NCBI GenBank assembly: GCA_900617105.1
Contig: UYFQ01000469.1
Coordinates: 62,001 to 122,078, forward strand
DNA length: 60,078 bases
From: Hydrurus foetidus
Lineage: Eukaryota
Reading direction: 5' to 3'
Shown: piece by piece, positions 11,093 to 23,637 of the stretch
Numbering within the stretch: position 1 is the stretch's first letter
Layout of the letters: the number at the start of each line of letters is the position of its first letter
The notes under the pieces: model-generated
The model's input: the letters and a program-made list of their open reading frames with translations, nothing else
Databases searched by the model: none
Told to the model about the DNA's origin: nothing
Made by a program: the position numbers and the translations under genes

Positions 11093-13875
11093 ATTGACGA
11101 CTTTTCGCTGTAACTGGGTACAGGTAGAAGTTTTTCCGTTTTTAGGTAGGTTAGTTCTTTTTCCGAAAAAACGAAGTTGTACTAGTTAAAATTGGTCAAA
11201 AGTACCGAAATACACCGTTTAAAACGTATTCTGCTATTCTCGCTGTAACTGGTCCCGATCCTAATCTCTGTAATCGGTCCCAGATTTCTGTAACCGGTAC
11301 CTCAAATCGCCATTAACACAGCATCGTCATCAAGCACCATCAAAAGTCAGAATAAAATAAAATCACCCCGTCGACCCGCCAACCCGCCAACCTTCGAACG
11401 ATGCCGTCCAAAACCGCACCTCTGCAAGACTCCCGTCTCAAGGTACACAAAGGAGAGAAGGGCAGATTGATCACTGCTCATGACAATCCACGTCTGTTGA
11501 AGGAAGATAATCCAATGATCGACTTTGAGAAGTGCTTAGGGGGAGAAGAGCAGGTCAAGTAGTGTCTAGAGAACTTTGTGGAGCTGAACGATGGACACAA
11601 TAATCAGAAAATGGTGGCTACGGGATCGTCTCAAATTTGATCAAGATGCACAAAGCTCCGAGGCGAACTCTTGCCTTAGTGCTAAAAGACGGTTCCGGTC
11701 ACAATAAGCAGATCAGAGATGGCAAATCTAAAGTTTCTGATCATGTCCATCTGAACGGCAATCAGGTGCGCTATTTATCTTCAGATTATATTCTTTCGTA
11801 GTCTCCTCGCCACAACTTATCAAGATGGTCGATCTTACCGATGGCTATGAAATGAAGTTGACTGAAGTTGGCGTGGACCCCAACCTCTAAAATGCCATCC
11901 TAGATTGTGAAATTTATCTCTGTGCAGAATTATCAGAAAATGAGAATAGACCATACCCTATTCATGAATCATGATCGCACCATCAAAGCGTAGTGAGCCG
12001 ATTGAAACACAGACTATCTGTTGCACCGGTCGAAGAGGAGGATCTTACTATACCGTGATAGGGTGAGTACTTAAGATTTGGTAGACTGAATTGATTAGAC
12101 CTATAGAGGAACTAATACTGAACACTTTCTTGCTTTATTTAACCTTCCAAGTGGTATATACGAATATCATGGTATGATTGCAGAAGGAGCATTACGTCTC
12201 ATAATGAATGATAGAAGTGATACATTCACACCTAATTATATTAATGCACGTGATTCTTTGTATAAAGCCAAAATTATATGGTAAATAAGATAAAGATAAT
12301 TTAAAATGTAACATAATTTGATTTGGTAAATTTTATTTGGTGTTATTTGATTAAAATAATAAAAGTCGTTTCTTAGTGTTATTTAAAATTATTTGATTGA
12401 AAAGTTTAAAATAAAATATGAAATATGAAAAGAACCACAGGGCTGTTCAAAACTATGCTCCTACCTGTAAATGGTCCGGTATGATTCAGGTTAATAAAGT
12501 TAATAGCTTTTGTAATACACCGAGTTCATCGACCCCACTTTATACCCATGATCATAATACATGTATATAGCAGTTTCATATCATGTTTGATAGTAGTTAA
12601 ACATTTGGCTATATTTTAATGGTGTTTTAGTGAAATACTACTGTACTTTACTGCAGTTATTTTGAACCAGTAATATCATTTCGCACTCATCGAATCATCC
12701 CATGGCACATCATTCATGCGATAGATCACATGACATGGAGACAAATACAGCTATTAGTTGTAATAATACGATTATTATTATATATTTTACACTTATTTCC
12801 ATTAACTCTTACCTACACACATATACTCACTGTATTATGACTTTATAAAGTTAATAGCTTTTGTAATGCACCGAGTTCATCGACCCCACTTTATACCCAT
12901 GATCATAATACATGTATATAGCAGTTTCATATCATGTTTGATAGTAGTTAAACATTTGGCTATATTTTAATGGTGTTTTAGTGAAATACTACTGTACTTT
13001 ACTGCAGTTATTTTGAACGAGTAATATCATTTCGCACTCATCGAATCATCCCATGGCACATCATTCATGCGATAGGTCACATGAACTTACATGCCCAGCT
13101 GCCAAAATTATTCCTGTCACTGCATATTTTGCACTAATTCCGGCTTCCCACCCACACATACTCACTGTATTATGACTTTATAAAGTTAATAGCTTTTGTA
13201 ATGCACCGAGTTCATCGACCCCACTTTATACCCATGATCATTACACATTCATTTATAGACACTTTACATAAATCGTACATAATGTAGTGTATTTTGTTTT
13301 AGTTTGATGCTGAGTAGACATATACACCGATAATTAGAGTTTTTTAAAAATATGCAATCTTTCGGCACAAAGTGTTTAGTACCCGTAATGAATTAAATTT
13401 AATCATCCACAACCGAATATTGAAACAGACAGCTTGTGCAAAACAGATCCTGAAAATGTTTTTTAAATTAGGGATAACTACAGAAACTCAATTTAGCAAA
13501 ACCTTATCCCTACCAGGTTCCGTTACCACTTTATGCTTATCTTATTTCAAGAGACGCTTTGTCTTTCTAAATAACACGAATCTACTGTACTTTAGTACCA
13601 CTACCAGTCTTGTCTCGATGAGATCTACTCAAAAATGGTATTTACGTGTAAACAGTCCCAAATTCCTGTAAACGGTCCCATATTTCTGTAAACGGTACCG
13701 GTTAGTTCTTTCAAATAGTCGGCAAATTTTGTGAAGGTTATGTTGCTCTAAATAACACGAAGTCATTATACTTTAGTACCACTACCATTCTTATCTCGAT
13801 GAGATCTACTCAAAAACGGTATTCACCTGTAAACGGTCCCAAATATGGGACCAGTTACAGCGAAAAGTCGTCAAT
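11093..13875. mobile_element. Non-autonomous TIR DNA transposon, superfamily unassigned
   Basis: Perfect 25-bp TIR attgacgacttttcgctgtaactgg / ccagttacagcgaaaagtcgtcaat. Flanked by tccga on both sides (11088-11092, 13876-13880); an AATT TSD with GACG termini also fits. Subterminal ctgtaa(c/a/t)..gtccc motifs; only degenerate ORF remnants inside. Confidence 0.88.
12494..13245. repeat. Internal ~335-351-bp tandem duplication (about 2.2 copies)
   Basis: ataaagttaatagcttttgtaat.caccgagttcatcgaccccactttatacccatgatca at 12494, 12845 and 13180. Confidence 0.9.
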
Positions 13876-14176
13876 TCCGATTTTTTTTAAGATAATTCTA
13901 GAAATTTAAGATAATCTGAAGGTCTGGGCGAAATATCGGCGAGATATAGGGGAAACCGTAAAATCCTCACTGGCGAAAAATCGCCGCTTCGCGGCGATAA
14001 ATTGAGATTTTCATCGTCATTCGTCATTCCCCAGGGAATCTCGGCGGGAATCTGGATTTCCTTCTCTGAAAATTTTGCTTCCAAAACTTAACTGATAGAT
14101 TGCTTCACGATGCACATTTCAACTCCAAAAGCTACCCACAAGTCACAAATCGACGTCTCAGCTACAGTCCAGTACC

Positions 14177-15572
14177 ATGAAGCAAACGGCCCTCCTCTGG
14201 TTTCTTTCTCTTGCAGGAGTAGCAGCTATCAAAACAAATGGAGCCAATCCCCACGTTCCTAGAGTCGAGCTCACCATTACAAATATGCCAATAAATAATA
14301 TAGGAACTGAACAACCTACGACTCTTCCGACAACTGTCGTTCCTTTGGTACCAGCTTCTCCTCATTCACGTCCAACGGAAGCTCCATGGATGCACACCTG
14401 AACCGACAAAGAGACTGAAGAGCAAAAAACCGACACCCAGTCCAGTAAGCAAACGCCCTACATTCGTTCCTACCAAAAAAATTCCTCCTACCCGAAGGCC
14501 AACAACCGCGAAACCATCAAAAGCTCCGAAGACACCTAAGACCCCTACGGGAATGCCAGTCTGTCCAGTCGTGACATACTCACCAAGTGTCGATTCTTCT
14601 CCACCATTCCCGAACAAAGTCACACCAACACCTTTCTCCGAAAAGCCATCAGCGGAGCCAACACCACACGGACCAACCGAACAACCAACAGCCGTGCCAA
14701 CAGCGGAGCCAACACCCTTACCGACCTTCCAGCCAACAGCCGAGCAAACACCCTCACCAACCTTCCAGCCAACAGCCGTGCCAACAGCGGAGCCAACACC
14801 ACACGGACCAACCGAACAACCAACAGCCGTGCCATCAGCGGAGCCAACACCCTTACCGACCTTCCAGCCAACAGCCGTGCCAACAGCGGAGCCAACACCC
14901 TTACCGACCTTCCAGCCAACAGCCGTGCCAACAGCGGAGCCAACACCCTTACCGACCTTCCAGCCAACAGCGGAGCCAACACCCTTACCGACCTTCCAGC
15001 CAACAGCGGAGCCAACACCCTTACCGACCTTCCAGCCAACAGCCGTGCCAACAGCGGAGCCAACACCTTACCGACCTTCCAGCCAACAGCGGAGCCAACA
15101 ACTTCACTAAACCTTCCAGCTCCATCAGCGGAGCCAACACCCTTACCGACCTTCCAGCCAACAGCCGTGCAAACAGCGGAGCCAACACCCTTACCGACCT
15201 TCACCAACAGCCGTGCCAACACCCACTAAATCACCTATTATTACTGACGTCACCTTCTTCCCAGCATCAATTCCCGATTCTATGCAGCCTATTGGCCTCC
15301 CTACTGAATATCCCACTGAAAAACCAACTTTCTCTCCAACACCACTCCCCTCATTCAACCCATCATCATCACCGAACAGTGGTCCTACGGCAACCCCTAC
15401 GGTACACATTTGCCCCACACCGACTATTAAACCAACGAACTGCATGCCCCAATCCTCTCCCTCGAAACGTCCCAAAACCGAGAAAACTAAGGCGCCAAAG
15501 GCACCGATTTCAAAACCTACCAAAGAACTCAGCAAAGCTCCCAATGGCAAGGATAAGTCTGGTAACAGATAA
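14177..15572 (+). CDS. Secreted Pro/Thr-rich repeat protein (frameshifted in this assembly)
   Basis: Signal-peptide-like MKQTALLWFLSLAGVAA, TAEPTPLPTFQPTAVP repeats (14650-15215) and a Lys/Pro-rich end. ORFs 14177, 14553 and 15213 join through single-base frameshifts. Confidence 0.75.
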
Positions 15573-16479
15573 AGGATCTCAACACGACAGTTCCTAGTCC
15601 ATTTTCGCGATCCCTCGACTTAATACCGCCTCGCAAGAGATGTCTGCCTTCCAGCATTCACATCCAAACGAGTCATACCATGACGTTACCACCTTCACAT
15701 ATGTTCCACCGTGTGAATTACGGTGGAACAAATTCCGAGACACGTCTCGTCTTTCATCCTTTTCATTTTTAGTAGTATTTGTCTCGAGTTCAGCAGTAAG
15801 TCAAACGTGCACAAATTCTGCGAACAGAATCATATAATTGCACAATGACTAACATCACCCAGCAGCTGTACATAGATAAAATTAAACCGATTTTTGCATG
15901 TTGCGTAGTGTCCCCGGTCACTATCGTAATGTATTTCATCTCAAGCTAGACGCAGCACAGAAGAAGTCGCTGCTGCCTTTCAGGCCAGTTCCAATCCCCT
16001 TCACCTGCCAAAACCTCTACCTTTCCGGTAACTGATCTAATCATGGTGAAGAAGCAAGAAGTCGTCGATTCGAATCAAGTGAAATCAGATAGCGTCGTTT
16101 TAAGTCACATAACGAATAATTCAGAAAGTGCAGTATATCGAATTTTATTAATTTCTTCTTTTCCAGGAACGACATTTCCCCCGATGAATTACTACACAAC
16201 CGATCAGCTATCCTCTGCACCCCACTCTTATTATTGAAGTTCAAATACCACGCGCACATCGCACAAGACAAACTGCGCACGTGCCGTGACAAACACGGAA
16301 CAGATACCTCACGTATATGTATCCAATGCCGAGGTCCCTACTTCACTTACTCTCTCTCGATCTTAACACAGAGATTGAATTTGCACTACAGTACATCAAG
16401 TCAAAGTACAGTATCAGGCACTCGACCTTTGCTAAAAAAACATATCAGCAAGTGGATCGCGCACTTCACTGCTACCTAT

Positions 16480-16966
16480 CCTTGGTACTTCGCGATTATG
16501 CTAGCATAATTTGGCCCTACGGGGATTTTGGATTATGCTAGCATAATGAGTGGCATAATTTGACTCAAATTTGCAACAACTGGCATAATCTGATCCGAAT
16601 GGCATAATTCTGGTCATGAAGTAGCATAATTGCAGTTTATGCAGCATATTAGAAGCAGAAACCCCAGACGGTATACCCCGTATGGAGGTTTACCGGGTAC
16701 ACCGGATATTTTTGGTCGTCTGTTTTCCGGTATGCCCGGTATACTCGGTGTAATTAGCGAGTGCACCCGGTATATCCGATATATTTGGCAGATTGTGCAT
16801 CCGGTGTACCCGTTATATCCGGTATACGGTAAAATTTATTTAGCTTCTGATGGCATAATTTAGCTCCAAGTGGCATAAATTAGCTTCCAAGTGGCATAAT
16901 AAGTTTACAAAGTAGCATAATTCCTCCAAATAAGGGTAAAAAAAGACATGAATTATGCTAGCATAA
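16480..16966. mobile_element. Probable non-autonomous DNA transposon remnant with (GTG)GCATAAT motif clusters
   Basis: Palindrome attatgctagcataat occurs twice in full and once cut by the Harbinger insertion, with many ggcataat motifs. The same motif (attatgccact) occurs at 46192-46236 in the hAT end. Termini not resolved. Confidence 0.5.
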
Positions 16967-17206
16967 GGCCAATCCTTAACGTATCCAAAAAAGTCATAAT
17001 TTGTTCTTTTTTTGGATGAGAATTGACCGGGGGACATTTCGTAACCATACAAAATGACGTGTCCTGAAATTTGAAATTTCATTTTATTTTCGGATGACGA
17101 AATCCTACTAGGAAACGGCTCTCTTTCCTAGTATGATTTGACCATCCAAAATCATACATCCCTTAGAATCCTCGTCAGACATAGATCACAATATCATCAA
17201 CCAAAA

Positions 17207-19113
17207 ATGGTGAAAGTGAAACCTGAGAGTGCGAAGCTACCGAAGAAGGGTAAGCCTAGAGCCGCTAAAGTTTCTGCCAAGCAGCCAACTCGTTCATCGC
17301 CTCGTTCGCCTACGGCGAGGTCCAACACGGCGTCAAATCGTGATGGTTCATCAATCCTTGACGCCCAGCAGCAGAAATCCTACAAGGCGTGGATTGCGGA
17401 GATCAAGCAAATCCAAGGATTATTGATCTGTCAATGTGGTCTCTCTATTCAGTCGAAGAGCTACTGCACGCAAACTGCCCAAGACGAATTGTTCGTCATC
17501 AACTTTCCTCTTTTCTACGATATATGGTGCAAAGATCCTGTTCTCGGAAGCCGTGTCAGTAAAATTCCCTTGCTATATTTGACCGTCGGTACCAGCAAAG
17601 CAATGGAGACAATCACTGGAGAGAAAATGCGCAAGAAATATAGCTCTATGAAAACCTACATCAACAATACTCTAACTCCCATCTACAAAAGGTTAGTGAT
17701 TTGTTAAGCAAAAGTTGTCTACCGTTTTCTGATTCTCTGCTGTAATCATAGGCTTACAAGGAATGGCATTCCTTCAGGGAAGAACGAAGGAGACGTCCTA
17801 AATGAGGTTCGCAAGGAAGCCCATTCCGTGAGAGGGAAGTCGGCAAATGATGATCCACAGGAGGAAGCTGATGATCCACTCAACTCATCACTTAGTTCAG
17901 TGACAACGTCAAATGCCGCCGTATCTGCCACTTCATCTTCTACCTCATCCTCCAGCTCAGCATATGTTTTTATAAAAGCGAAGGAAGATTGGGAGAATTG
18001 GTATCCCATGGAGTGGATTGCATGGACCACTTTTGGAGTACCTTCTGATGAACCTACTGTGCATTGGGTAAACGAGGCAATTGAAGATGGTCCTGAAGTT
18101 ACAGAGGGAAGGAAGAAGCCTCTTGGCAGAGTTGACCAAAGAAGAAAAGAGAATGAACTCAAAGCAACCACCAAAGCAACAACAGAAATCAGTGCTCTAA
18201 GAATTACTGAAACCACTCTCCACCAGAGGGAAGTCACTATGGCTGAGAGAGATAATGATCTCAATCGCATATCCTTCTTCATGACATTTTCGAAGACTCC
18301 TGCAGCGATCGTAAGTACATTTTTTGTCACTTTCGTTTTGGTATTTTCATCAATTATTTATCGTAACAACATATGAGTATTTTTTGAAAGCTGACTGATG
18401 TCGTTGACAATATCCTAAACGTGAACAAGGCGAAGCCCTGGCAAAAAAAATCTAATTAAAATGTCTTGTGTACATTTTAGGAAAGAGCGGAAAAACTACT
18501 GGAATTATACATGGTCCATGAAAATGATCGTCTTAGCAGCAAATTCAGTCAACAACCAACTAGCAGCTCCAATATACTTACTCAGCCACTTTCTACAATG
18601 ACAATACAAGTTGCAGAGCAACTTCCATCTGTATCAGTTAAAGAATCGTATGTTGAAGAGGAAGACGCAGATGAGGAAGATGCCTTCGAAAATTTATCTC
18701 CCTACTCTCCTAATTATGAGGATGGAAACCCCTTCTCTCTAGATGACGATACCCAGATGCCTCCTGAATCCCCCAAATTTGCTGAATCACCCCTGGTCAG
18801 TAATATTCCGATTGTCGAACTTAGAGTAGTTACAAGGCGTGCTGCCAAAGTGATGAAAAAAAACAAATATGACAATCTGACTTTTGAGGAAATTGATGAA
18901 TTCTTACTCAGAAGGTATCCATTCACATCTGAACCTGGTATATTATGTATTCAAAAATTTGATCCCGTTTCTGCTACTATAGATTATCAATTACTGCTCG
19001 AAATTGATGAGAAAAATGACCCAAAATTACGGTTTGTTAAGGCATGGCTTCAAAGACTAAAAATTGCTTTAATTAAGACAAGAGCTGACTCAGACGATGA
19101 TTTAGATCTTTAA
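17207..19113 (+). CDS. Harbinger accessory (DNA-binding-type) protein, 3 exons
   Basis: Introns 17692-17751 and 18311-18480 join three ORFs. Basic N-terminus and a GIPSGKNEGD motif also seen (PSGKNEKD) in the nested element's accessory ORF. Confidence 0.75.
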
Positions 19114-19162
19114 ATTTTGACATAAATTTTTATTATTTAATAAATTAAGCGTGTATATATAA

Positions 19163-20665
19163 TTAAATTTGAATCCATTTTAATTTGCCTTCAAGGTATT
19201 GGTTGGTGAGATGCTTAACAAGTTTACTACGAAGATCAATAAATTTATCAGAAGTCTCTATGTCTTCCACATCTAAGCGATTAGCAAAATTAATATTATT
19301 AATATTTCTATCATATGTTCCGACTGATGAATGGTCTACATTATTCTCTACAGTTCTAACTACCCTTCTCCTAATTTTGTCTAAAACAACTTGTTCCTCT
19401 TTGTCATTATGTGCATTATATAATTCATTTTCCCATTTTTCATCATACCCATCAAATTCATGCAACATATTGTGAAGTATGACACATGAAAAAACAGCGT
19501 TATCAATATCATTTTTGTTGTGCCAATTAATTCCAATTTTTAGTAATTGAAATCTTTTTTTTAAAATACCAAAAGAACATTCAACATCTTTTCGAATACT
19601 CTCCGCAAATTCTGACCATCTAATCTCATCAATATCAGGAGTGTGTTTAATAGGGCATTGCATAATACGCCATTTGTGATAACCACCATCTACTAATAAA
19701 TATACACCTTTTTCTGTAATCCATTCATTAGGACTTATTTGAAGCTCATACTGTGCATTAGTGAAACGTTTCTTGGTTCTAATATCCTGAACAAATCCAT
19801 CAAATTTGACGATTGTTTTATCTGAAGTGGTCCCATAATGTCCTATAGTCGTAGCTTGAAATTTTTTAGAATGAGTTACTGTCATCTCGTAGGCAATTGA
19901 CGTAAAGGTATGTTTCCCATTACGATATGTTGTTGCCTCTACTGAAGGACACTTTTCCCACCTAATGTGAACACAATCAGTAGATCCAATACACCCTGGA
20001 AATCCACTCGCCGCATAGAGTCCAGAGACACTTTCCATTTCTGAATTATTACGAGGACCATGAACATAAGAGGGGCACATTTCCTTAGCAAATCTTGCAA
20101 TGAAGGCTAATGTCCATCTTCTATGAACTTCCGCTGAAACACCAGAAAGTTCATACAAAAGGTCCCAACTACAACCTTTACCAAGAATTCGAAGAGTCCC
20201 CAGTAACTTAAGCTCTATTGGTGAAACCTCCTTTCCATACGCATCAAACAATCTTTGAGGGAACCATGCATTTGCCATTAACAATAACTCTTGAAATAAT
20301 TGAAATGGTACGGTAAAGCGATTGCGGAATGTTTTCCCATCACGACTAGTCAAATCGGATAAATTGTCCCTCTGTAAAAAATTCCACCAACAGCTTTCTC
20401 TGTAATTCTCCCTAATGTATGATTTTCTTTTAGTTGGCTGCTTTGCTTCCATTTCACCATCTTCATCGACTTCTTCTCCTTCATCATCTACTTTCCCAGC
20501 CTTCTCAACATCGCTGGCAGCATCACTTTCGGCATTAAGCTTCCTTCTAGCTCGACCACGTTTCAGGAGATCAGTTAACGAAGGGACATTATCCTTTATC
20601 CATTGTTCCATGTTTAAATTGTGATGTTGACGATGAAATGCACGATGTATAATGGAGTCTTCCAT
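19163..20665 (-). CDS. Harbinger DDE transposase (500 aa)
   Basis: FRNRFTVP, GCIGSTDCVHI (D), YLLVDGGY (D), RKDVECSFGILKKRF (E), CVILHNML. Confidence 0.95.
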   Translation of the reverse strand: MEDSIIHRAFHRQHHNLNMEQWIKDNVPSLTDLLKRGRARRKLNAESDAASDVEKAGKVDDEGEEVDEDGEMEAKQPTKRKSYIRENYRESCWWNFLQRDNLSDLTSRDGKTFRNRFTVPFQLFQELLLMANAWFPQRLFDAYGKEVSPIELKLLGTLRILGKGCSWDLLYELSGVSAEVHRRWTLAFIARFAKEMCPSYVHGPRNNSEMESVSGLYAASGFPGCIGSTDCVHIRWEKCPSVEATTYRNGKHTFTSIAYEMTVTHSKKFQATTIGHYGTTSDKTIVKFDGFVQDIRTKKRFTNAQYELQISPNEWITEKGVYLLVDGGYHKWRIMQCPIKHTPDIDEIRWSEFAESIRKDVECSFGILKKRFQLLKIGINWHNKNDIDNAVFSCVILHNMLHEFDGYDEKWENELYNAHNDKEEQVVLDKIRRRVVRTVENNVDHSSVGTYDRNINNINFANRLDVEDIETSDKFIDLRSKLVKHLTNQYLEGKLKWIQI

Positions 20666-21067
20666 AAAATAAACATATTTTTAGATGAAAATATATTTTG
20701 ATATGGATGAACATTACGGCACAATCTATCCGAAAAAATCAAAAAATATCCAAAAAAATGGTAAAGTATAATTTTGGATAAAGATAACCATACGGCACAC
20801 TAAGGTCGGTCCCAGTGGAGTACAAATTACAAAATACAAAATTCCTGTTTTGTACCTCTTACTTGGATTCTCGATTGTAGTGGAGTAAAAAAAAAAAAAA
20901 AAAGAAAATTTCCTGTTTTGTCGAGGTACAAAACAGGCCCCTTGTGACAAAATTCTTGAGTTTTTTTGTACCTCGATTGTACAGGTACATAATTCGAAAA
21001 AATTTATTTATATTACTAATAACTCATCCTAATCGACATCAATTCAACATCTGAAAGTTGATTTGAG

Positions 21068-22516
21068 ATGGAGAGGTTCACTAGTATCTTTGATGATGAA
21101 GGAATCGTCGTATTTGATAAATGGGCTGCGTATATAAGGAAACGAGATAGAAATGATGACGAGGAGGATGAAGAGGGTAAAGAAGAACAGAAACAAGTAG
21201 TTGTTAAAGAAAAAAGACCATATGCTGCAAGGAACTATCAAGGGTACGATCCATTCCAAGCTGTGGAGTCGGAATGGTACCGAAAATATGTATCTGGAGT
21301 CGGTTGGTTCAAAAATAAAAGTCAATACGCCCAGTTCAGGCGACGATTCAGGATGCCCTATGCCGAGTTTCAAGGTCTAGTGAAACTGGCGAGAGAGCAA
21401 AAATGGTTTCCCACTTACGAACCGCGGAATGCATGTCACCAACCTGGGATTCCATTGGATTTATTCATTCTGGGTGCTTTGCGCTATCTAGGAAGAGGGT
21501 GGACTTTTGATGATATCGCCGAGGCTACAGGGGTATCTGAGGAGTCACATCGCATATTTTCAATTTGTTTGTCAAAGCTTGCAGGAAGTTTCTATATCCC
21601 ATGTGGGTGAAACGCCCAGAATCTGAAGATGAAGTCAAAGATCATATGTCAGAGTTTAAGGCGGCGGCGTTCGATGGATGTATTGGGTCTGCAGATGTTA
21701 CTCACATTATAATGGAGAAGTGCTATGCGCGCTTAAAGAATCAGAATCTTGGGGAAAAGAATCTCATACAACTCGTGCATATCAACTTGTTGTCAATCAC
21801 CGCCGGCAGATACTTGCAACAACTGTTGGCTTCTTGTTGATGGAGGGTATCCATCGTGGACCTCACTGATGTGCCCTTTCAAAGCGTCATCTTCCGTCAG
21901 AGAACAAAGGTGGTCAAGATGGGCTGAATCAATGCGCAAAGATGTTGAGTGCAGCTTTGGTACTATGAAAGGTAAGAACTCAATTTGACTGTATTGCATA
22001 TTATATACTTTTCATATACTCCATAACTTATATTCTTCTTTAGGGCGATGGAGAATTCTTAAGATCGGTGTAAGGATGCATGGTTTGGAGGTTGAAGATG
22101 ATATTTGGTTCACCTGTTGTGCATTCCACAACATGTTACTGAATTGCGATGGACTGGATTGGAGATGGAATAAGGGGGTGATAAGTACCTTCCAGGGCGA
22201 ACTGGGATGGCATGCCCCAGGAGATACAGAGGCCTACTGTGATCCAATTATATTTCGAAGATTTCGTAGTGGCCGCCAGGGAAATAATCCACGCACATTT
22301 GACTGCTCCATTCTGGAAAGTGATGAGATTAATAGTATTAACAAGGATGTAGGTGTTGATGATAATGATGTTATCAATGAGGTTAAAGAAGCTAGAAGTT
22401 TACAGACTCTATCTAATTTTAAGTTTCGTAACATATTAGTAACTCACTTCAATAAATTATGGGAGTTAGGAAAATTAATTTGGCCTTCTAGAGCTGGTAA
22501 AATGGCTCTAGGTTAA
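21068..22516 (+). pseudogene. Degenerate Harbinger transposase
   Basis: FRRRFRMP, GCIGSADVTHI, LLVDGGY, RKDVECSFG, CCAFHNML spread over several frames. Apparent deletion near 21830 relative to the outer transposase; intron ~21972-22043. Confidence 0.88.
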
Positions 22517-22793
22517 TGTTTTTAAGTCCTTGTATATCATGTATTGTATATACTCATTCTAATTTTGTATCCGTTCGATTGTAGTGGAGTACAAAATAAT
22601 CATACAAAATTTTAAAATTAATTTATCGTCAAAATCAATTCACATAATTATATTAGCATGTTTTAACTTCTATTATCATACTTTCGAAGCATATTTATTT
22701 TTCCTTTTTTTGTATCCTGATTTTTGTACCTCTCGATTGTAGTGGAGTACACAATACCAAAACCAATTCTAAACAATGCAAGTAATAAATCAA

Positions 22794-22850
22794 TTAAACA
22801 CTATCACTAGTTCTCTTTTTAACCGTCCTCTTGCCTTCCTTGTTGCTGTT

Positions 22851-22892
<42 letters not shown>

Positions 22893-23637
22893 TTTCTCTT
22901 GGTTACTGTCCCTTTTGCTCCCGCTGCTCCCGATGATCATTCTGCTGCTGCTGCTTCCGCTGCTGCTAATGACGGTCTCCGCTGCTTCCGCTGCTGCTAA
23001 TGACGGTGTCGTCATCAGTGTCGTCTTCTTTCTCCATGTTGTGTTGATGCTCCGCTGTAACAGACTCTTTACAAAATTCTAGAGCGTCCTTCTCATTTTT
23101 CCCAGACGGGAAACCACCGTGCCTGGTGTAGTCTGTCGAATACGCCAGTAAAACTTTGGCTTCTTTAATGCTCGCCTTTGCTTTAGACAGCAGTTAACGG
23201 CCCGTGATTCTCTTACGTCCAGACAAGGTCGACATATTGATGATTTCCTTGATAGAATCTTTGGTAACACCGCTCAAAATCTCAAACCCAGAACCAATTT
23301 TATCTCCGTCCCATAAGACTTTGTAGCGATTATTCCCATTCAATCGTTGGTTGACTTGACCAAGCTGGTCGCCGCCATCACCATGGTAGAATCTATGAAG
23401 TGACAATGAAATTGATGAGTTCTTGAGAGGTTAAAATGCTATAATCAGAGTTTAGACAACTCACATTTCCATGTCTTCTTTCTGCGTCTTCTTTCTCCGA
23501 GCAGATTCCTCAATAATTGAGACATAGGCATTTGCAGCAAGAAGATACTGCAACGACTTCAACTGGGGAGCTTTGAGTTTCTCGACAAATTTCTTCACGG
23601 ACTTGGGTTTGGCTTGCATTACCTTGCTTTTGACCAT
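22794..23637 (-). pseudogene. Degenerate Harbinger accessory gene
   Basis: MVKSKVMQAK... then YKVLWDGDKIG...RITGR* LLSKAK...GFPSGKNEKDAL, with an in-frame stop and a Ser-rich tail. Convergent with the transposase. Confidence 0.6.
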
